A DNA stretch of 52,575 bases from a bacterium (GCA_037439545.1 JBBIVV010000011.1:9176-61750), one strand, 5' to 3'. Numbered from the stretch's first letter, positions 26,538-36,653 are shown. The notes: generated by a model not told the origin, from the sequence alone. Program-made: numbers and translations.

Positions 26538-27415
26538 AAAACAGATTGAGAAGAGGAAGAAATATTGGCTATTATTTTATAGGCAAGCTTTGCAGCAAGG
26601 AAATCGGTTACAGTAGATGATTGGACCGGTGCGAGCTCCATAATGTCGCAGCCTACGAGATGCCTTTTATCCGTGATCATGTGTATAAGATCGACGACGT
26701 CATACCAGAACAGGCCGCCTGGTTCAGGGGTTCCGACGGCGGGAGCAACCGATGGATCAAACCCGTCAAGATCTATGGTCAAGTACACGTTGTCGCCGAG
26801 CGATTCGATCACGTGCTCTTTCCATAGAGTATCCCTACGTATGGTGTGCATATAAAAAGTATGCAAACCTCTTTGCCGGATGAAGTCGTATTCTTCCTTG
26901 CTCTGGCTCCGTATCCCCACCTGTACAATATCGACCGTATCTTTTATCCTCGCCATCACTGAGCCATGACTATAAATGGTGCCTTCATAAGCTTCACGGA
27001 GATCGGAATGTGCATCTATCTGAAGCACGGTTATGCGGGGAAACTTTTCCGAGAATGCTTTTACGATAGGGTAGGTAATGGAGTGTTCGCCGCCGAACGA
27101 CATAAGAAATTTATTTTTGAAAGGAAGCTTTCTGACAGTTTCGTATATCTTTTCTATGGCGTGCTCTGATCCGCTTTTGTCGAACGAAATGGGCTCAAGG
27201 GTATGGATACCTTCACGGTAAGGTTCCAGTCCGAGTTCCTCGTCGAATAATTCCAGATACTGTGATGCTTTGATGATGGCTTCGGGACCATACTTTGTGC
27301 CCGTGCCGTACGATGTGGTCTGCTCATAAGGGATCGGCAGGATTAAAAACTTTGCTTGTTCAAGGGGAACTGTATGTTTAAGAAAGCTGTGTCTGTCCGG
27401 TAGTGGTGTTGTCAT
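26534..27415 (-). CDS. speB: Agmatinase
   Basis: GGEHSIT, DAHSDLR, YSHGS, DLDGFDPS..PAVGTPEPGG, DIMEL. Likely start is ATG 27415. Confidence 0.93.
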   Translation of the reverse strand: MTTPLPDRHSFLKHTVPLEQAKFLILPIPYEQTTSYGTGTKYGPEAIIKASQYLELFDEELGLEPYREGIHTLEPISFDKSGSEHAIEKIYETVRKLPFKNKFLMSFGGEHSITYPIVKAFSEKFPRITVLQIDAHSDLREAYEGTIYSHGSVMARIKDTVDIVQVGIRSQSKEEYDFIRQRGLHTFYMHTIRRDTLWKEHVIESLGDNVYLTIDLDGFDPSVAPAVGTPEPGGLFWYDVVDLIHMITDKRHLVGCDIMELAPVQSSTVTDFLAAKLAYKIIANISSSSQSVL

Positions 27416-27419
27416 GGTA

Positions 27420-27965
27420 TTATGGGAGGAGGACTGCTGTTGCAAGCACTGTTGTCCAATAGCCTTCTTTATCGACCGTTGCGGACTGGGTTATGCTTCT
27501 TGTCGTAACGGTATGTCCCTTGATTGTCCATATCTCCTTTTGCTCGTCGTAACTTTTATTAGGATCGAATTCAACGCCGAGGGTCGTTGCAAGCATGTAT
27601 GCAGCAAGGTCCTCTGCATAATCTCCTGCTATTTTTTCGGTCTGTCCAAAACTGTGGTGCTCTGAAAGATAACCATGGATGGTTTCATCCTTTGGATTTG
27701 CAAGTCCTATTGAAGATGCAATGAGCCTGTGCGGTTCATTCGATGTATTTTCCGACAATACGCAGAATACGATCTGGCCTTTCTGAAGGTACTGCAGGCC
27801 CTGTTCGATGGTTATGAGCTTACATCTCGGGGGTATAATACTACTGACCCTGACAAGGTTATACTCTGCTATCTTTGCATCCCTGAGTGCCATTTCAAAG
27901 CTGGTAAGCTTCTGAGTGTGCCTGCCAATGCCCTTCGTCAAAAAAAGTTTTGAAGGTACGAACAT
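27420..27965 (-). CDS. pdaD: Pyruvoyl-dependent arginine decarboxylase
   Basis: SFEMALRDAKIAEYNLVRVSSIIPP (Ser-Ser self-cleavage site), GYLSEHH. Adjacent to speB. Confidence 0.9.
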   Translation of the reverse strand: MFVPSKLFLTKGIGRHTQKLTSFEMALRDAKIAEYNLVRVSSIIPPRCKLITIEQGLQYLQKGQIVFCVLSENTSNEPHRLIASSIGLANPKDETIHGYLSEHHSFGQTEKIAGDYAEDLAAYMLATTLGVEFDPNKSYDEQKEIWTIKGHTVTTRSITQSATVDKEGYWTTVLATAVLLP

Positions 27966-28026
27966 GTGTGCTCCTTTTGGAATCCTCTGCGTTTATGTAC
28001 TATAGATTTATCTATGTCAATAAATA

Positions 28027-29409
28027 TTATTTTTTGCCGCCTACGACTATTCTTGGTATCCTGAGCGTGGGCTGGCCGTCTGCCACAGGGACCCCCTGAT
28101 TGTCCTTACCGCACGTACCTATGCTGTATCCGATGTCACTGCCCACCCTGTCTATCTCCTTGAGTACGGTAGGGCCATTGCCGAGCATTATTGCCCCTTC
28201 AACGGGCGGGCCTACCCTGCCGTGTTCTATTAAATGCCCCTCTGTGATCTCAAAAACAAAATCGCCTGTTACGGTATTGACTTCTCCGCCGCCCATCTTC
28301 AAAACAAGGAGCCCGTGGTCAACCTCGGATATTATGGATGCGGGGTTGTCCTTGCCGCTGAGTATAAGCGTATTGGTCATCCTGGGTATCGGCGGAAATC
28401 TGAATGATTCCCTCCTGCCATTGCCGGTCGGCACGGCGTCGTTATCCATTGCGTATTTGAGATCGAACAGAAAGTTTTTCAATGTACCATTCTCTATGAC
28501 AGTATTGCGTTCTGCTGCGGTACCTTCGTCATCAAAATGAAACGATCCTCTCATGCCGGGTATGGTCGGATCATCGACAACATTTATGAGCGGGGATGCA
28601 ACCATTTCATTAAGCCTGCCGGTATACACGGACAGACCTTTATAGATATGATCAGCTTCGAGTCCGTGCCCGACAGCCTCGTGTATCATTGTTCCGCCCG
28701 CCTCGCTCGATAGCACAACAGCCATATGACCGCCCTCTATCGGGACGCTGTTGCTCATCTTTATCGCCCTGTTTACCGCAGTTTTAACGGTCGTTATGTG
28801 GCTGTCATTGTTAAACAGTTCCATGCCAATCGAGCCGCCCATTGATTCGTATCCCGTATAAAGCTTATTCTTTTTTTCAAGAATTACATTGAAGGTTATT
28901 GTCGTCCTTATCTGTTCGTCTTCAACGGAAGTGCCGTTTGTCGAGAACACTCCTATCCTTCTCGTGCTGTCAATATAACCGCCCTGCACCTGTATAATCT
29001 GATCACTCGCCTTATAAGCCTCGCTCTGTGATGTCAAGAGAATGTCCGCCTTCCTCATGATATGAACACCGAGAGGATGCTTTATTACTTTCGTACAAGC
29101 CTTTGAAGGTTCTTGAAGGATTACGTGCTTTTTACCGTTATTTTGTTTAAGATAACCGCACAGCTTTTTTAAAAGCGTCCTGATTCCTTCTTCGGTCAAA
29201 TCCGTGGTAGAGGCATAATATTCGATATTATCATTGAATAATCTTAAGCCTGCTCCCCTGTCTGTGCCGGACACGGCTTTATCGATCTTGTGCGAGTCGA
29301 CCCTGATGTTGGTAAATGTCGTTTCTTCAAAAAACAGTTCTGCAAATGAAGCCCCGCATTTTAAGGCGTCTTCGAATATACTGTCAATAGTTATACCGTT
29401 ATACTTCAT
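28027..29409 (-). CDS. tldD: TldD-family metalloprotease
   Basis: HEAVGHGLEAD, DDPT...FDDEG, TGNGRRES..PPIPRMTNT, GTCGK.QGVPV..GQPTLR. Confidence 0.92.
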   Translation of the reverse strand: MKYNGITIDSIFEDALKCGASFAELFFEETTFTNIRVDSHKIDKAVSGTDRGAGLRLFNDNIEYYASTTDLTEEGIRTLLKKLCGYLKQNNGKKHVILQEPSKACTKVIKHPLGVHIMRKADILLTSQSEAYKASDQIIQVQGGYIDSTRRIGVFSTNGTSVEDEQIRTTITFNVILEKKNKLYTGYESMGGSIGMELFNNDSHITTVKTAVNRAIKMSNSVPIEGGHMAVVLSSEAGGTMIHEAVGHGLEADHIYKGLSVYTGRLNEMVASPLINVVDDPTIPGMRGSFHFDDEGTAAERNTVIENGTLKNFLFDLKYAMDNDAVPTGNGRRESFRFPPIPRMTNTLILSGKDNPASIISEVDHGLLVLKMGGGEVNTVTGDFVFEITEGHLIEHGRVGPPVEGAIMLGNGPTVLKEIDRVGSDIGYSIGTCGKDNQGVPVADGQPTLRIPRIVVGGKK

Positions 29410-30713
29410 ACACTCAACTCCAATTTTAATTCTCCTATAAGGTAGATTGAACCTGTAGCAATAATTACACCATTGTCGGGTGTTCTATCAAGAGCATAGT
29501 TTAGTGCATTATTCGAAGGTATGACCACTGCGCCCTTAATACTGCCTGAACGGTTAAAACTGCTTGAACTGATAAAACGTTTCAGCTCATCCGGATCCGC
29601 ACTCCTCTCACCTTTGAATGACGTGAATATGAACGTTCCTGTTATCTCCGATAACAGTTCTATCATTGTTTTCCAGTCTTTATCTCTTGAAACGGCAAAA
29701 ACGACGGTAACGGGTTTGTTTTTACCCTGATAAGAAGGAGGTAAAGGAGTTAGATAATGATCTTTTACCGTCCGGACAAGCGTTTGTATCCCGGCAGGAT
29801 TATGTGCTGAATCTATGATCGCATCGGGGTGTTTACGGATTATCTCGAATCTTCCGGGCCAAAATGTCTTCAGGAGCCCGTCCCTTACTGAAATATCCGG
29901 AACCTTTATGCCCTCCTGTTCAAGCAGGAGTACGGATTGGATTGCTGCCGCTGCATTGTATATCTGGTGTCTGCCTTGAAGGGAGAGTTTTAGATTCTTG
30001 ATCGTATGACGATCATTAAAAAAACTCATATCTGTCTCGTCTCCGGAGCTTGAAAAGTCCCTGTTAAGAGCATAGAAAACCCCGCCCGTTCTATTGCATT
30101 CAGCTTCCAGTATGCGTCTTGATTCAGGGTTTACATCAGTTGTGACGAAGGGTCTTCCGTTATTTATTATACCTGCCTTTTCTTTTGCAATCTCTTCTAT
30201 CGTATTGCCAAGATAGGTCTGGTGATCCATCGCAATATTGGTTATGGCCGATACAAGAGGCTGCACGGCATTTGTAGCATCGAATCTGCCGCCCATGCCG
30301 ACCTCGAGGACTGCAATGTCAACATGCTGCTCTTGAAAGTACTGGAGAGCAAGGGCAGTTAAGAACTCAAAATAGGTTACATCCGAAAGCTCGGGATGGT
30401 GGTTCATTATTGAGAATAATTTTTCAGCCGTATCATACAATGACGTGTTGTCAATCATAGTGCCGACGGTTTGTATTCGTTCATGCAGAGAAACGAGATG
30501 TGGTGATGTGTATAAGCCTGTTTTATAACCTGCATTGCGGAGCATGGACTCTATCATGGCGCAGGTTGAGCCTTTACCGTTGGTGCCTCCTACAATCATA
30601 GTCTTATAAGACTGTTCAGGATGATCCAAATATTCAAGCAATGCAGCTATACGTTCGAGCCCCGGCTTTATACCATGCTTTTCAAGCAATTGGATGCGCT
30701 GAATTATGTCCAT
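29406..30713 (-). CDS. folC: Folylpolyglutamate/dihydrofolate synthase
   Basis: GTNGKGS, YTSPHL, TYFEFLT, EVGMGGRFDATN, WPGRFE, DSAHNPAG, TGSIYLIG. Start is ATG 30713 (the ORF extends to GTG 30722). Confidence 0.95.
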   Translation of the reverse strand: MDIIQRIQLLEKHGIKPGLERIAALLEYLDHPEQSYKTMIVGGTNGKGSTCAMIESMLRNAGYKTGLYTSPHLVSLHERIQTVGTMIDNTSLYDTAEKLFSIMNHHPELSDVTYFEFLTALALQYFQEQHVDIAVLEVGMGGRFDATNAVQPLVSAITNIAMDHQTYLGNTIEEIAKEKAGIINNGRPFVTTDVNPESRRILEAECNRTGGVFYALNRDFSSSGDETDMSFFNDRHTIKNLKLSLQGRHQIYNAAAAIQSVLLLEQEGIKVPDISVRDGLLKTFWPGRFEIIRKHPDAIIDSAHNPAGIQTLVRTVKDHYLTPLPPSYQGKNKPVTVVFAVSRDKDWKTMIELLSEITGTFIFTSFKGERSADPDELKRFISSSSFNRSGSIKGAVVIPSNNALNYALDRTPDNGVIIATGSIYLIGELKLELSV

Positions 30714-30875
30714 AATGTACACTATAATAAGCCTTACGTGGATTTAATACAAGTTTATCCCGCCGGAAAGTCCGTTGTCGGAAGTGACGCCTGCGTGCTG
30801 ACGGAGAACTTTAAAGAGCTTGCTTTATTGAAGTCTTTAAATTAAATGACTATCATACAAAAGAGAGGAGGTCGT

Positions 30876-31616
30876 ATGCCTTTGCTTGAAATAAAAGGTT
30901 TGACCGTAGAAATAGAAGGAAAAAAAATTATAAAAGGGCTGGATTTAAATATAAATCCTTTCGAAGTGCACGCGCTTATGGGGCCCAATGGTTCCGGTAA
31001 ATCGACTCTATCCTATACGATTATGGGGCATCCGAAATATAAGGTAACAGGAGGAGATATACTGTACAACGGCACGTCGGTACTCGATATGCCTGTTGAT
31101 GAGCGCGCACGGCTCGGTATATTCCTGGGTTTTCAATATCCGATGGAAGTAGCGGGCGTCTCTGTTGAAAATTTTCTCAGGACCGCAGCAGAGGCAAAGG
31201 AACAAAAAGATGTTCCTGTGCTTGCATTCCACAAGGCACTTACCAAGAGAGTCGATGCAATGTCAATACCGCAGTCATTTCTCGAGAGGTATCTTAATGA
31301 AGGATTTTCAGGCGGAGAGAAAAAACGCAATGAGATCTTACAGATGGCTGTTTTACTCCCGCAATTTGCCGTTCTGGACGAGATAGACTCCGGCCTTGAC
31401 ATAGATGCATTAAAACTTGTGTCCGAAGGCATCAATAAACTCATAAAAGATGATCATCTGACCGTTCTTTTGATCACACACTATCAACGAATACTGGATT
31501 ATATCAAACCAGATTTTGTACACATAATGGTCGATGGGAAGATCGTAAAATCTGGCGGGTATGAGCTCGCACAACAGCTCGATAAGATGGGTTATGAATG
31601 GGTCAGGGGGTCGTAG
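30876..31616 (+). CDS. sufC: Fe-S cluster assembly ATPase SufC
   Basis: MGPNGSGKSTL, FQYP, NEGFSGGEKKRNEILQ, DEIDSGLDIDAL, ITHYQR. AGGAGG SD before ATG 30876. Confidence 0.96.
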   Translation: MPLLEIKGLTVEIEGKKIIKGLDLNINPFEVHALMGPNGSGKSTLSYTIMGHPKYKVTGGDILYNGTSVLDMPVDERARLGIFLGFQYPMEVAGVSVENFLRTAAEAKEQKDVPVLAFHKALTKRVDAMSIPQSFLERYLNEGFSGGEKKRNEILQMAVLLPQFAVLDEIDSGLDIDALKLVSEGINKLIKDDHLTVLLITHYQRILDYIKPDFVHIMVDGKIVKSGGYELAQQLDKMGYEWVRGS

Positions 31617-33011
31617 ATGTCTGCAGAGCAAAGAGAAGGATTGCAAACTCCCGCTGTTCAACCTGCTGATTCAGCTTATGTGTTCCGTTCAAACAAAGGG
31701 CTGAATGAGAAGGTGATTAGAGAAATATCATCACATAAAAAAGAGCCTGAGTGGATGCTCGAGAAACGGCTTGAATCATACAGGATATTCAACAGCAAGC
31801 CTCTGCCGGCATGGGGGCCTGATCTTTCCAAACTCAATTTTGATGAGATCATATTCTATATAAGACCCGAAGATTATAAGTCGCTCAAGTGGGAGGATGT
31901 GCCGGAAGCGATTAAGAAGACCTATGATGCTCTCGGCATACCGGAGGCAGAGAAGAAGTATCTTGCAGGGCTTGTTGCCCAGTATGAATCGGAGGCAGTT
32001 TATACAAATCTAAAAAAGACTTGGGAAAACAAAGGCGTTTTATTCACCGACATGGACTCTGCTGTTAAAGAGCACCCGGATCTTGTAAAAGAATACTTCA
32101 TGACAAAGTGCGTGCCTGCTGCTGATAATAAATTTGCCGCCCTGCACGGCGCTGTATGGAGCGGCGGCAGTTTCGTTTATGTCCCAAAGGGTGTAAAAGT
32201 CGAAATACCCTTGCAGACATATTTCAGGATGAACACGAAATCTTCAGGCCAATTTGAGCATACCCTTATTATAGCCGAACCGGGCTCAGAGGTGCATTAT
32301 ATAGAAGGATGCACAGCACCGAGGTACAGCGTGAGTTCCCTGCATTCCGCAGTGGTTGAAATATATGTTAAAGATGGAGCACGGGCAAGATACACGACAA
32401 TCCAGAACTGGAGCACAGATGTTTACAACCTTAACACAAAGCGAGCGGTTGTTTATGAGAACGGCATCATGGAATGGGTCGGCGGCTCCATGGGCAGCGG
32501 CGTTACCATGCTCTATCCCGCTTCAATACTCAGAGGAAAGGGTGCTCGTGCAGAGCATCTCAATATTGCATTTGCAAGCAGAGGACAATATAAAGATACC
32601 GGAGCAAAGGTGATACTTGCGGCTCCGGATACAAGTGCAAGCATTATCTCGAAGAGTATAAGCAAAGACGGCGGTAAGTCCGTATATCGCGGGCTTGTAA
32701 GGATTAGCAGCAACGCGACCGGCGCCAAGGCACACGTTGAGTGCCAGTCTCTCATGCTGGACGATAAATCAAGCGTTGATACGATTCCTATAATCGAACA
32801 ATTTACCCCTCAGTCTTCGGTAGGGCATGAAGCGACTGTCGGCAAGATAGACGAAGAGCAGCTTTTTTATCTGATGAGCAGGGGCATATCGAGGGACAAC
32901 GCCGTTGCTCTTGTCGTCAGGGGGTTCATAGAACCCATAGCAAAAGAACTGCCCATGGGGTATGCGGTTGAGTTGAACAGACTGATACAGCTTGAGATGA
33001 AAGGGGCCTGA
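31617..33011 (+). CDS. sufB: Fe-S cluster assembly scaffold SufB
   Basis: EPEWML, AQYESE, WSGGSF, GQFEHTLI, YIEGCTAP, LHSAVVE, HEATVGKI, LFYLMSRG. Confidence 0.96.
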   Translation: MSAEQREGLQTPAVQPADSAYVFRSNKGLNEKVIREISSHKKEPEWMLEKRLESYRIFNSKPLPAWGPDLSKLNFDEIIFYIRPEDYKSLKWEDVPEAIKKTYDALGIPEAEKKYLAGLVAQYESEAVYTNLKKTWENKGVLFTDMDSAVKEHPDLVKEYFMTKCVPAADNKFAALHGAVWSGGSFVYVPKGVKVEIPLQTYFRMNTKSSGQFEHTLIIAEPGSEVHYIEGCTAPRYSVSSLHSAVVEIYVKDGARARYTTIQNWSTDVYNLNTKRAVVYENGIMEWVGGSMGSGVTMLYPASILRGKGARAEHLNIAFASRGQYKDTGAKVILAAPDTSASIISKSISKDGGKSVYRGLVRISSNATGAKAHVECQSLMLDDKSSVDTIPIIEQFTPQSSVGHEATVGKIDEEQLFYLMSRGISRDNAVALVVRGFIEPIAKELPMGYAVELNRLIQLEMKGA

Positions 33012-33016
33012 AGAAC

Positions 33017-34171
33017 ATGGTTACCATGATTGCAGGTATTGCACTGCCTCAATGGAAGAGGCTGAACACCCAATTTATCAAGTCCGAAACTTTAAATGTT
33101 CTGGATAATGGGAGCAGGTCAACGTATGACGCGTATGTCAAGACTATTACGGACACGCTGCAGAGCAGACCGGTGATTTGCAATATAGATGGTTATTTAG
33201 TGCAGGATAATGTTCAAAGCAATTCATCGATGTCTTTGGAAACGATTGATCTGAGCAAGAACCGGAGGCCATCGAATCTATTCAACTTAATGAAAACGGA
33301 CACTTCAGGAAGAGGCAGGTTCCATTCAATGGATGAATCTTTTATGCAGATCGATAAGGCATATGCAAAGGGGTTTTATGTCCGCCTGAAAAACAGCATA
33401 AGAGAACCGCTCGTAGAGTTGATAAATGCGGGACAGGACAAGGGAATACTTGTTCATCATGACCTTATTATACTTGATCCTGGAACACACCTTGTTCTGC
33501 TCAGGATTATCGAAGGCAACGGAAGCAGTATGATCGTGGATAATGCAGAGGTTTATGCGGGCAGGGATTCAAAATTGGAATATATTACCTTGAATAGATC
33601 GAAAAAGGGCAGTTTTTATACGGCCATCAAACAAGCTCAGGTTTCAGAAAATGCCATGGTAAGCTGGTATAATATCGATCTTGGTGACTCAAACACGGCA
33701 ATAAGTACGCGTTCTATGCTTCTCGAACCTCATGCAGAAAGCAGGATGACCGGCATTGTAGTAGGGAAGGGTGAATCGCAAAAAGATATTTCCTATGAAA
33801 CATTTCACTCTGCTCCTGATACGGTCACGTCTGTTCTTGTCAGAACCGCTGTACTCGATAAAGCAAAAGTCATCTACAGGGCTTTGACGCATATTGCATC
33901 CGGGTCAAAACGGGCAAAGGTGGAGCAGGCGGAAAAATCGATAATGCTCGGAACACAGGCGAGGTTCGACGGTATACCGAGCTTATGGATAGATGAAGAT
34001 GATGTTATTGCCTCGCACAGTGCCACTTCCGGAATGGTCGATGAGCAGGCCATGTTTTATCTGGAGAGCCGAGGTATACCTCATGCACAGGCAGAAAAGC
34101 TCATCACGGACGGTTTTATAGCATCATTATTGAGCAAGGAGCCTATAAGTCTTTTAGCAGGTTTCTACTGA
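33017..34171 (+). CDS. sufD: SufD-family protein
   Basis: Beta-helix SufBD core, PSLWIDEDDVIASHSATSG, FYLESRGI. Follows sufB. Confidence 0.85.
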   Translation: MVTMIAGIALPQWKRLNTQFIKSETLNVLDNGSRSTYDAYVKTITDTLQSRPVICNIDGYLVQDNVQSNSSMSLETIDLSKNRRPSNLFNLMKTDTSGRGRFHSMDESFMQIDKAYAKGFYVRLKNSIREPLVELINAGQDKGILVHHDLIILDPGTHLVLLRIIEGNGSSMIVDNAEVYAGRDSKLEYITLNRSKKGSFYTAIKQAQVSENAMVSWYNIDLGDSNTAISTRSMLLEPHAESRMTGIVVGKGESQKDISYETFHSAPDTVTSVLVRTAVLDKAKVIYRALTHIASGSKRAKVEQAEKSIMLGTQARFDGIPSLWIDEDDVIASHSATSGMVDEQAMFYLESRGIPHAQAEKLITDGFIASLLSKEPISLLAGFY

Positions 34172-34223
34172 CCAGAAGTTCGATAGTGAGGAGCCTGTAT
34201 AAGGTAACACGTTCGATAACTAC

Positions 34224-34259
34224 TTGAGTTTGATCGGCGTTACATGTTATTATCGGTAT
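34224..34259 (+). promoter_or_regulatory. Putative leaderless extended -10 promoter of the sigma54 response regulator
   Basis: TTGAGT (34224-34229), 18 bp, TGn-TATTAT (34248-34253), 6 nt, then ATG 34260. No SD. Confidence 0.55.
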
Positions 34260-35621
34260 ATGGCTGATCAAATAAAAATACTCGTCGTCGATGATGAAGA
34301 AAATATCCGGTTTGCAGTCTCAAATATCCTTAGCACGAACGGTTATGATACCGGTACTTCATCGAATGGGGAGGATGCTTTTCTGGAATTAAAAAAGCAG
34401 CCGTATGACTTCGTTATCTGTGATATAAAGATGCCGAAGATGGACGGGATGGAGTTGCTCGGAGCGCTTCAGCATAATAAAATAGAGACCACTATTATCA
34501 TGATGTCCGCCTATGGGAGCGTGGACAGTGCAATAGCGGCAATCAAAGCAGGAGCATATGATTATATCACAAAGCCTTTTAAGCAGGATGAACTTCTTCT
34601 TACGGTCAGGAAGGCCGAAGAGCGCCTGAAGCTGTACAGGGAAAATCTTGTACTAAAGAAGGCCGTTGCACGGGATTATGATTTTAAGTCGATAATCGGC
34701 AAGAGTGAAAAGATACTCAATGTATTGAATGAAATAAGAAAGGTGGCAAACTACAAAACCACGGTTCTCATTACAGGTGAAAGCGGAACAGGCAAGGAAC
34801 TTGTTGCAAAGGCAATACATTATAACAGCGACAGAAAAGACATGCCGTTTATATCAATCAATTGCGGTGCAATCCCGGAAAATTTGCTTGAGAGTGAATT
34901 GTTCGGGTATGTAAAAGGTGCATTCACCGGCGCATACACAGCGAAACAGGGTTTATTTGAAGCTGCGGACAGGGGCACTCTATTCCTCGATGAGATAGGC
35001 GAGATGCCGTTTAATCTACAGGTAAAACTGCTGCGCGCCATTGAAGAATCCCAAATATTCCATATCGGAGATACAAAATCCACAGGTATTAATGTAAGGT
35101 TTATTGCTGCGACGTCGAAGGTGTTAGCGGAGGAGGTAAAAAAAGGCACCTTCAGGGACGATCTATTCTACCGGTTAAATGTGTTCAACATAAAGCTGCC
35201 CCCACTCAGAGATCGTTCAGAGGATATACCCCTTCTTGCAGTATATTTTATGAAAAAAAACGCATTGAATTTAGCAAAACCGATAAAGGGCTTTGACGAT
35301 GAGGTTATGAATATATTTATGCATTATTCATGGTATGGTAACATCAGGGAGCTTGAAAATGTCATTGAAAGGGCATGTATCATGAGCGAGACGGAAAACA
35401 TAACTGCGGACTCCATACCCGATTCCATTAAAATAGAAAGGGAAAACAAGGTTTTTAATGTAGAAGGGTTTTCCATCAAAGAGGCACAGGCCCATCTTGA
35501 GATTGAATTGATAAAAAAAGCTTTGAAAGAGACCAACGGCAATAAAACCAGAGCATCGCAGCTTCTTGAGATAAGCCTCAGGGCTTTAATGTATAAATTG
35601 AAAGAGTATGGTATTGAATAA
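34260..35621 (+). CDS. NtrC/AtoC-family sigma54-dependent response regulator
   Basis: Receiver domain (VVDDE, DIKMP, KPF), GESGTGKE, GAFTGA, LFYRLNV, C-terminal Fis HTH. Confidence 0.95.
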   Translation: MADQIKILVVDDEENIRFAVSNILSTNGYDTGTSSNGEDAFLELKKQPYDFVICDIKMPKMDGMELLGALQHNKIETTIIMMSAYGSVDSAIAAIKAGAYDYITKPFKQDELLLTVRKAEERLKLYRENLVLKKAVARDYDFKSIIGKSEKILNVLNEIRKVANYKTTVLITGESGTGKELVAKAIHYNSDRKDMPFISINCGAIPENLLESELFGYVKGAFTGAYTAKQGLFEAADRGTLFLDEIGEMPFNLQVKLLRAIEESQIFHIGDTKSTGINVRFIAATSKVLAEEVKKGTFRDDLFYRLNVFNIKLPPLRDRSEDIPLLAVYFMKKNALNLAKPIKGFDDEVMNIFMHYSWYGNIRELENVIERACIMSETENITADSIPDSIKIERENKVFNVEGFSIKEAQAHLEIELIKKALKETNGNKTRASQLLEISLRALMYKLKEYGIE

Positions 35622-35636
35622 GAAGAAGGAGGCATT

Positions 35637-36338
35637 ATGAAATGGTTTATGTTCGTTTTCAGCATGTTGATATTCATGGGCGGCTGCCAGAAAAAACAAG
35701 AACCTGTTAAGACCATGTTTTCGGGTAATGTCGGCCCAAACCTGCCGAAGGTAAAATTGCCTTCACCCGCTGAAGTGTTAAAAAATGCACCTCCGGTCAT
35801 CGTTTCTCTGGATATAGAACCAAAATATCCGACTATTGCATCCACGATGCATGTTTCAGCACAGGCATCTGACCCTGAGGGTGACGTTGTTGCATTTTCA
35901 TATAAATGGTATGTGAACAACGCTGAAATCAACGATCAAACGGGAGATACCTTGAGCTGCAGCTCATACAAGCATAATGATGTAATCCATGTTGTGGTAA
36001 CGCCTTCGGACGGTAAACTGAGCGGCACGAGTGTAGTGAGCAGTTACATTTTTATCCAGAATACGCCACCGGTCATAGAATCAAGCCCGCCGTCCACTAT
36101 TGCAGGGAATAGGTATTCTTATCAGGTAAAAGCAGTCGATATTGATAATGACCCGCTGACATATAAGCTTGAATCGGCACCGGAGGGGATGGTCATAAGT
36201 AACGACGGGTTGATAACATGGGAAGCGGGGAATATAAAACTGCCTGTGCATACAACGATCAGGATAGTTGTGGACGATGGTAATGGCGGAAAATCATACC
36301 AGACGTACACGATTAGTCTTGAGAAGAAAAAGCTATAG
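35637..36338 (+). CDS. Lipoprotein with Ig/cadherin-like (He_PIG-type) domains
   Basis: Lipobox FMGGC; ASDPEGD...YKWYVN; NTPPVI...YSYQVKAVDIDNDPLTYKLESAPEGMVI...ITW...DDGNGG. Confidence 0.75.
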   Translation: MKWFMFVFSMLIFMGGCQKKQEPVKTMFSGNVGPNLPKVKLPSPAEVLKNAPPVIVSLDIEPKYPTIASTMHVSAQASDPEGDVVAFSYKWYVNNAEINDQTGDTLSCSSYKHNDVIHVVVTPSDGKLSGTSVVSSYIFIQNTPPVIESSPPSTIAGNRYSYQVKAVDIDNDPLTYKLESAPEGMVISNDGLITWEAGNIKLPVHTTIRIVVDDGNGGKSYQTYTISLEKKKL

Positions 36339-36339
36339 T

Positions 36340-36412
36340 TATACATAATTATACGTTAATGAATGTATATGTTCATAAAATACTTGACATTATATCCTAA
36401 CTTGTGTATCTA
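36340..36412 (+). promoter_or_regulatory. Putative promoter/operator of the XRE-pilMNOPQ operon
   Basis: TTGACA (36384-36389), 17 bp, TATCTA (36407-36412). Upstream TATACAT-N16-ATGTATA inverted repeat and TTATAC direct repeats. Confidence 0.5.
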
Positions 36413-36435
36413 TCATCAATAAGAGAGGTATAATA

Positions 36436-36636
36436 ATGGGTAAGCATAATAACCTTAAACAAATAAGAAGCAAGGCATTGATGAGTAAAGCGGAGCTTGC
36501 GAGAAAGGCAAATATATCTGTTCTGACCATAACAAGGATAGAACAGGGCAAGGAATGCAGGGTTGATACAAAGAGAAAAATCATTCAGGCCCTCGGGTTT
36601 AAGATTACTGATAAAGATAAATTGTTTCCGGATTAA
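36436..36636 (+). CDS. Small XRE-family HTH regulator preceding pilM
   Basis: 66 aa: MSKAELARKANISVLTITRIEQGKECRVDTKRKII. SD present. Confidence 0.85.
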   Translation: MGKHNNLKQIRSKALMSKAELARKANISVLTITRIEQGKECRVDTKRKIIQALGFKITDKDKLFPD

Positions 36637-36653
36637 AGGTATAAGGAGGTTTT

